Source: an uncultured Acidobacteriota bacterium (GTDB lineage Bacteria; Acidobacteriota; UBA6911). From it: a DNA stretch of 64,000 bases. The DNA lies in contig CAWEJX010000008.1 in NCBI GenBank assembly GCA_963809485.1, forward strand, positions 160,001-224,000, written 5' to 3'. Made by a program: the position numbers and the translations under genes. This document shows, one piece after another, positions 61,319 through 64,000 of the stretch; positions within the stretch are counted from its first letter, which is position 1, and every line of letters begins with the position of its first letter. The notes under the pieces are model-generated. The model saw only the letters and a program-made list of their open reading frames with translations. It did not search any database and was not told where the DNA came from.

Positions 61319-63733
61319 CTAGCCGAAACTCTGCTCCGTGCGTGCGATGATTTCGTTCTGAACGCCAGGATGCAGCCTTGTGAAGAAAGCGCTGAAACCG
61401 GCTACCCGAACCACGAGGTCAGGGTACTTTTCCGGGTGTTTCTGCGCGTCCCTCAGGATGTTGGTGTCCAGCACATTGAACTGAATGTGATAGCCGTCGT
61501 GGTCCATGTAGGTCTTGACGAGGTTCAGGACATTCTCCCGGCCCTTGCGGGTTTTGAGCTGATTGGGGGGGAGCTTCAAGTTCATGTGCGTCGCGGTGAA
61601 CTTGATCGCGTCCGCACCCTTCGCTGCGGACATGACCAGCGCGGTCGGCCCGGTGACGTCGGTTCCGGGCATGGCCGACAGGCTGCCATCGGTGAGCGCC
61701 ACGCCGGCCTTTTTGCCGGTGGGCAGGGCCCCGGTCATCAGACCCATCAGGTTGTGGATGCTCTTAGTGTAGGAGTCAGGCGCCGATCTGATGTCCCGGC
61801 TGATGTAATTGCCGCCCCCCTCCACGTTCTGGAAGGCTTGGAAGATGGTCTCGTACACCCGGTGGACGAGCTTGTTGACCTCGGGGATGTCGTTTCCATG
61901 CTTGGGCGCTTCGAAGCACATCTTCCCGACGCGCTCGTATTCCCCCTCGAAGTTGGCCGCCAGGGCCTTCTTGAGCTCGGCCATGGTCAACTTCTTCGTG
62001 TCGTACACGAGGTGCTTCACCGCCATAAGCCCGTTGGCGGCGTCGACGCCGCCAACCGTGATCTGGGCGACCGTGTAGTAGTTGGCTCCACCGTTCCAGA
62101 CCTCGGTGCCGGTTTCGATGCAGCCCCCGGTGAGGATGGAGCGCCAAGTGACCGGCAGATACTCGGCACACAGAATGCTCGCGATCCACGCCTCGCGGCG
62201 GAGCGTGTCCTCGCAGAACTGGAGCTGCTTCTCGAAGGCCGCGTACAGCTCCTCGAAGTCCTTGAAGGACTCTGGATCGCCGGTCTTAGGTCCGATCTGC
62301 TGCTTGGTGCGAGGGTCAAACCCGTTGTTCAGGGTGAGCTCGAGGACCTTCCCCAGGTTGGGCTGCCCCTCCACGGGATGCCCCGTCTCGTAAGGGATGT
62401 AGCTTCCCACGCACGCCCCGATGCAGGTCCGTCGTGCCTTCTCGAGGGTGAGCCCCTTTTTGCTGTTCGCGAAGAGGTTCAAGGCTCGCTTGATCATCAC
62501 GTCGCCGTTGACGAACTGCGGCATGCCGACCCCGGTATCGATGACGTCGAGGACCTTTTCGAGGAACTTGCCGCTCATCTTCTCGGTGTAGCAGCAGGAC
62601 AGCGGCGGCTGGGGCAGCTTCAGGTACTTGGCGGCATCGAGGATCAGGTAGTCCATCTCCGCCGTGGCGTCGTCTCCATCCTCGGTGAAGCCTCCGAGGG
62701 TGATGCTCTGGCCGAGGTCCGCGGAGTTCTGGATCTTGACATACTCACCGTAGTAATAACCGATCTCGTTCAGCTTGATGAACAGGTGCTTCAGCAGGGT
62801 GGTGGCTTCCTCCGGACCGATCCGGCCGGCCGCCTTGTCACTCTGATAGAACGGCTCGAGGTTCTGGCCCAGGTAGGCCTCCGAGTAGCCGCATCCGACC
62901 TGCTCGATCTCCGCGCAGATGTGGCACAGGAAGTGGCACTGAAGGGCCTCCCGCAGCGTCCGGGCAGGATGCTCGGGCACGTGTTCGCAGACCTCGGCGA
63001 TGTCGAGCAGCTCCTGCTTCCGCTCGCCGTTCTTTTCCTTCGCCGCCATCTCCCGGGCCAGCTCGGCGTACCGGTTGGCCAGTCGGATGATGGCCCTCAT
63101 CGTGATCAGACAGGCCTCGTAGAAGTAGAACTTGGAAGCATTCGGCAGCCGCATGTCGAGGGCCTTCTGCCGCTCCTCGACTTCCTTGATCATGCTGGCC
63201 AGGCCTTCTCTGTAGACGCGGGGGTAGTTCAGGTTGCCTCCGCCGCCCGGCCACGACATGAACTCGGCGATGAGGCCGGACTTGTAGACCGGGTCCGGAT
63301 CGAAGCCGTACTTCTTGATGAAGATCTCATCGGCCCGCGGCCGCAGCGCCCACTTGTCCCAGTACTCGAGCGCCCACTGGTTCGCCTTCCGGTCCTCCGG
63401 GGTCTTCGAGTTCTCGACCGTCTTCTCCTGCTTCATCCACTCCACGTTCCATTCCGGATACGTGTAGACTGCATTGACGCTGCTCGCCATGCTGCCCACG
63501 ATGAGGTTGTCATCGATGTACAGCTTCTTCCTCTCAATCAACTGTTCGAAGAACTTTGCCCGGCGGATGATTTGCTGATAGCCGGCTGTGCCCTCGTAGA
63601 CCTCCGCCATGATGCGGACCCGCTCGTTGTCGATCTCCTGGGGCGTGTTTATGAGCTGAGCCTTCAGCCGATCGATCCGCGCGTCATCGGCTTTAATCTT
63701 ACCGGTGGATTGCTTGCTGGTTTCCGTTTTCAT
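61319..63733 (-). CDS. Uncharacterised glycyl radical enzyme (PFL-like family), about 804 aa
   Basis: C-terminal Gly loop HIQFNV...LVVRVAGFSAFF; Cys loop CIGACVGSY; AGGAG RBS before ATG 63733. Confidence 0.95.
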   Translation of the reverse strand: MKTETSKQSTGKIKADDARIDRLKAQLINTPQEIDNERVRIMAEVYEGTAGYQQIIRRAKFFEQLIERKKLYIDDNLIVGSMASSVNAVYTYPEWNVEWMKQEKTVENSKTPEDRKANQWALEYWDKWALRPRADEIFIKKYGFDPDPVYKSGLIAEFMSWPGGGGNLNYPRVYREGLASMIKEVEERQKALDMRLPNASKFYFYEACLITMRAIIRLANRYAELAREMAAKEKNGERKQELLDIAEVCEHVPEHPARTLREALQCHFLCHICAEIEQVGCGYSEAYLGQNLEPFYQSDKAAGRIGPEEATTLLKHLFIKLNEIGYYYGEYVKIQNSADLGQSITLGGFTEDGDDATAEMDYLILDAAKYLKLPQPPLSCCYTEKMSGKFLEKVLDVIDTGVGMPQFVNGDVMIKRALNLFANSKKGLTLEKARRTCIGACVGSYIPYETGHPVEGQPNLGKVLELTLNNGFDPRTKQQIGPKTGDPESFKDFEELYAAFEKQLQFCEDTLRREAWIASILCAEYLPVTWRSILTGGCIETGTEVWNGGANYYTVAQITVGGVDAANGLMAVKHLVYDTKKLTMAELKKALAANFEGEYERVGKMCFEAPKHGNDIPEVNKLVHRVYETIFQAFQNVEGGGNYISRDIRSAPDSYTKSIHNLMGLMTGALPTGKKAGVALTDGSLSAMPGTDVTGPTALVMSAAKGADAIKFTATHMNLKLPPNQLKTRKGRENVLNLVKTYMDHDGYHIQFNVLDTNILRDAQKHPEKYPDLVVRVAGFSAFFTRLHPGVQNEIIARTEQSFG

Positions 63734-63840
63734 TGTGTTGTCTCCTATCGCTGAATTTTGAAGTAGCTTGTTTGGGTATTGTTGCTCATTATGTGACCGG
63801 CGATGATGGCTGTTTCCCATTGAATGCAGGACCGGCCTCC

Positions 63841-63856
63841 TGCATAAACTGCGCCG
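63841..63856 (-). promoter_or_regulatory. Candidate sigma-54 promoter of the GRE operon
   Basis: The minus strand reads CGGCGCAGTTTATGCA (GG-N10-GC), about 110 bp upstream of the start codon. Confidence 0.45.
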
Positions 63857-64000
63857 AGGTTTATTGAAACCGCTTGCCAACGATTCGATCCTCTGTTACG
63901 AAATAGCATGTTTGTTTCCATGGTCATTTACTCCTGTCGTGGGATGTGGCTGCCGCAATGGCAAGTAGCAGGGCATCCCGATCGACCGGTTTCTTCATGT

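Noticed and set aside
61319-63733. Calling the GRE a second PFL, CutC, diol dehydratase or benzylsuccinate synthase
   Set aside because: It lacks CC, GCVE and LCMSP, and no microcompartment or small-subunit genes are in view.
61247-63754. 835-aa plus-strand ORF and other long antisense ORFs (for example 32854..34053, 44067..45242, 54157..55278)
   Set aside because: They are antisense shadows of high-GC genes and lack motifs.

Overview
GC-rich bacterial window from an anaerobe or facultative anaerobe, probably Acidobacteriota-like (taxonomy is inferred). It looks like a mosaic accessory island for anaerobic energy, nitrogen and sulfur metabolism. The left edge holds the 5' part of an F-ATPase subunit a gene (minus strand, missed by the ORF track). 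The plus-strand block (1.1-24.5 kb) has a DUF3300/DUF2950 pair and a beta-carbonic anhydrase. It then has an apparently extracytoplasmic amino-acid deamination cluster: Dcu transporter, signal-peptide-bearing aspartase, asparaginase II, DcaP porin and a Tat-lipoprotein L-serine dehydratase. SulP, pta/ptb-ackA-pflB-pflA, an AspT/YidE transporter and a HEAT/beta-propeller protein follow. The minus-strand block (24.5-63.7 kb) starts with an uncharacterised glycyl radical enzyme with an atypical Cys loop, co-transcribed with a catalytically degenerate phosphofructokinase-fold protein, its activase and an Fe-S protein. Downstream are a cytoplasmic Psr/Phs-like molybdoenzyme with an Fe-S subunit and a NuoF-GltD fusion, two near-identical rhodaneses around a DszB-like desulfinase homologue, and a CoA-disulfide reductase-rhodanese fusion. 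Further down are transporters, a sigma-54 activator, duplicated outer-membrane barrels, a Ser-type sulfatase with its maturase, and PPK2/CHAD. Intergenic DNA carries six copies of a non-autonomous IS200/IS605-end element plus two families of short palindromic repeats. Many genes are frameshifted in clusters, most likely through assembly errors. No rRNA, tRNA or CRISPR array was seen.
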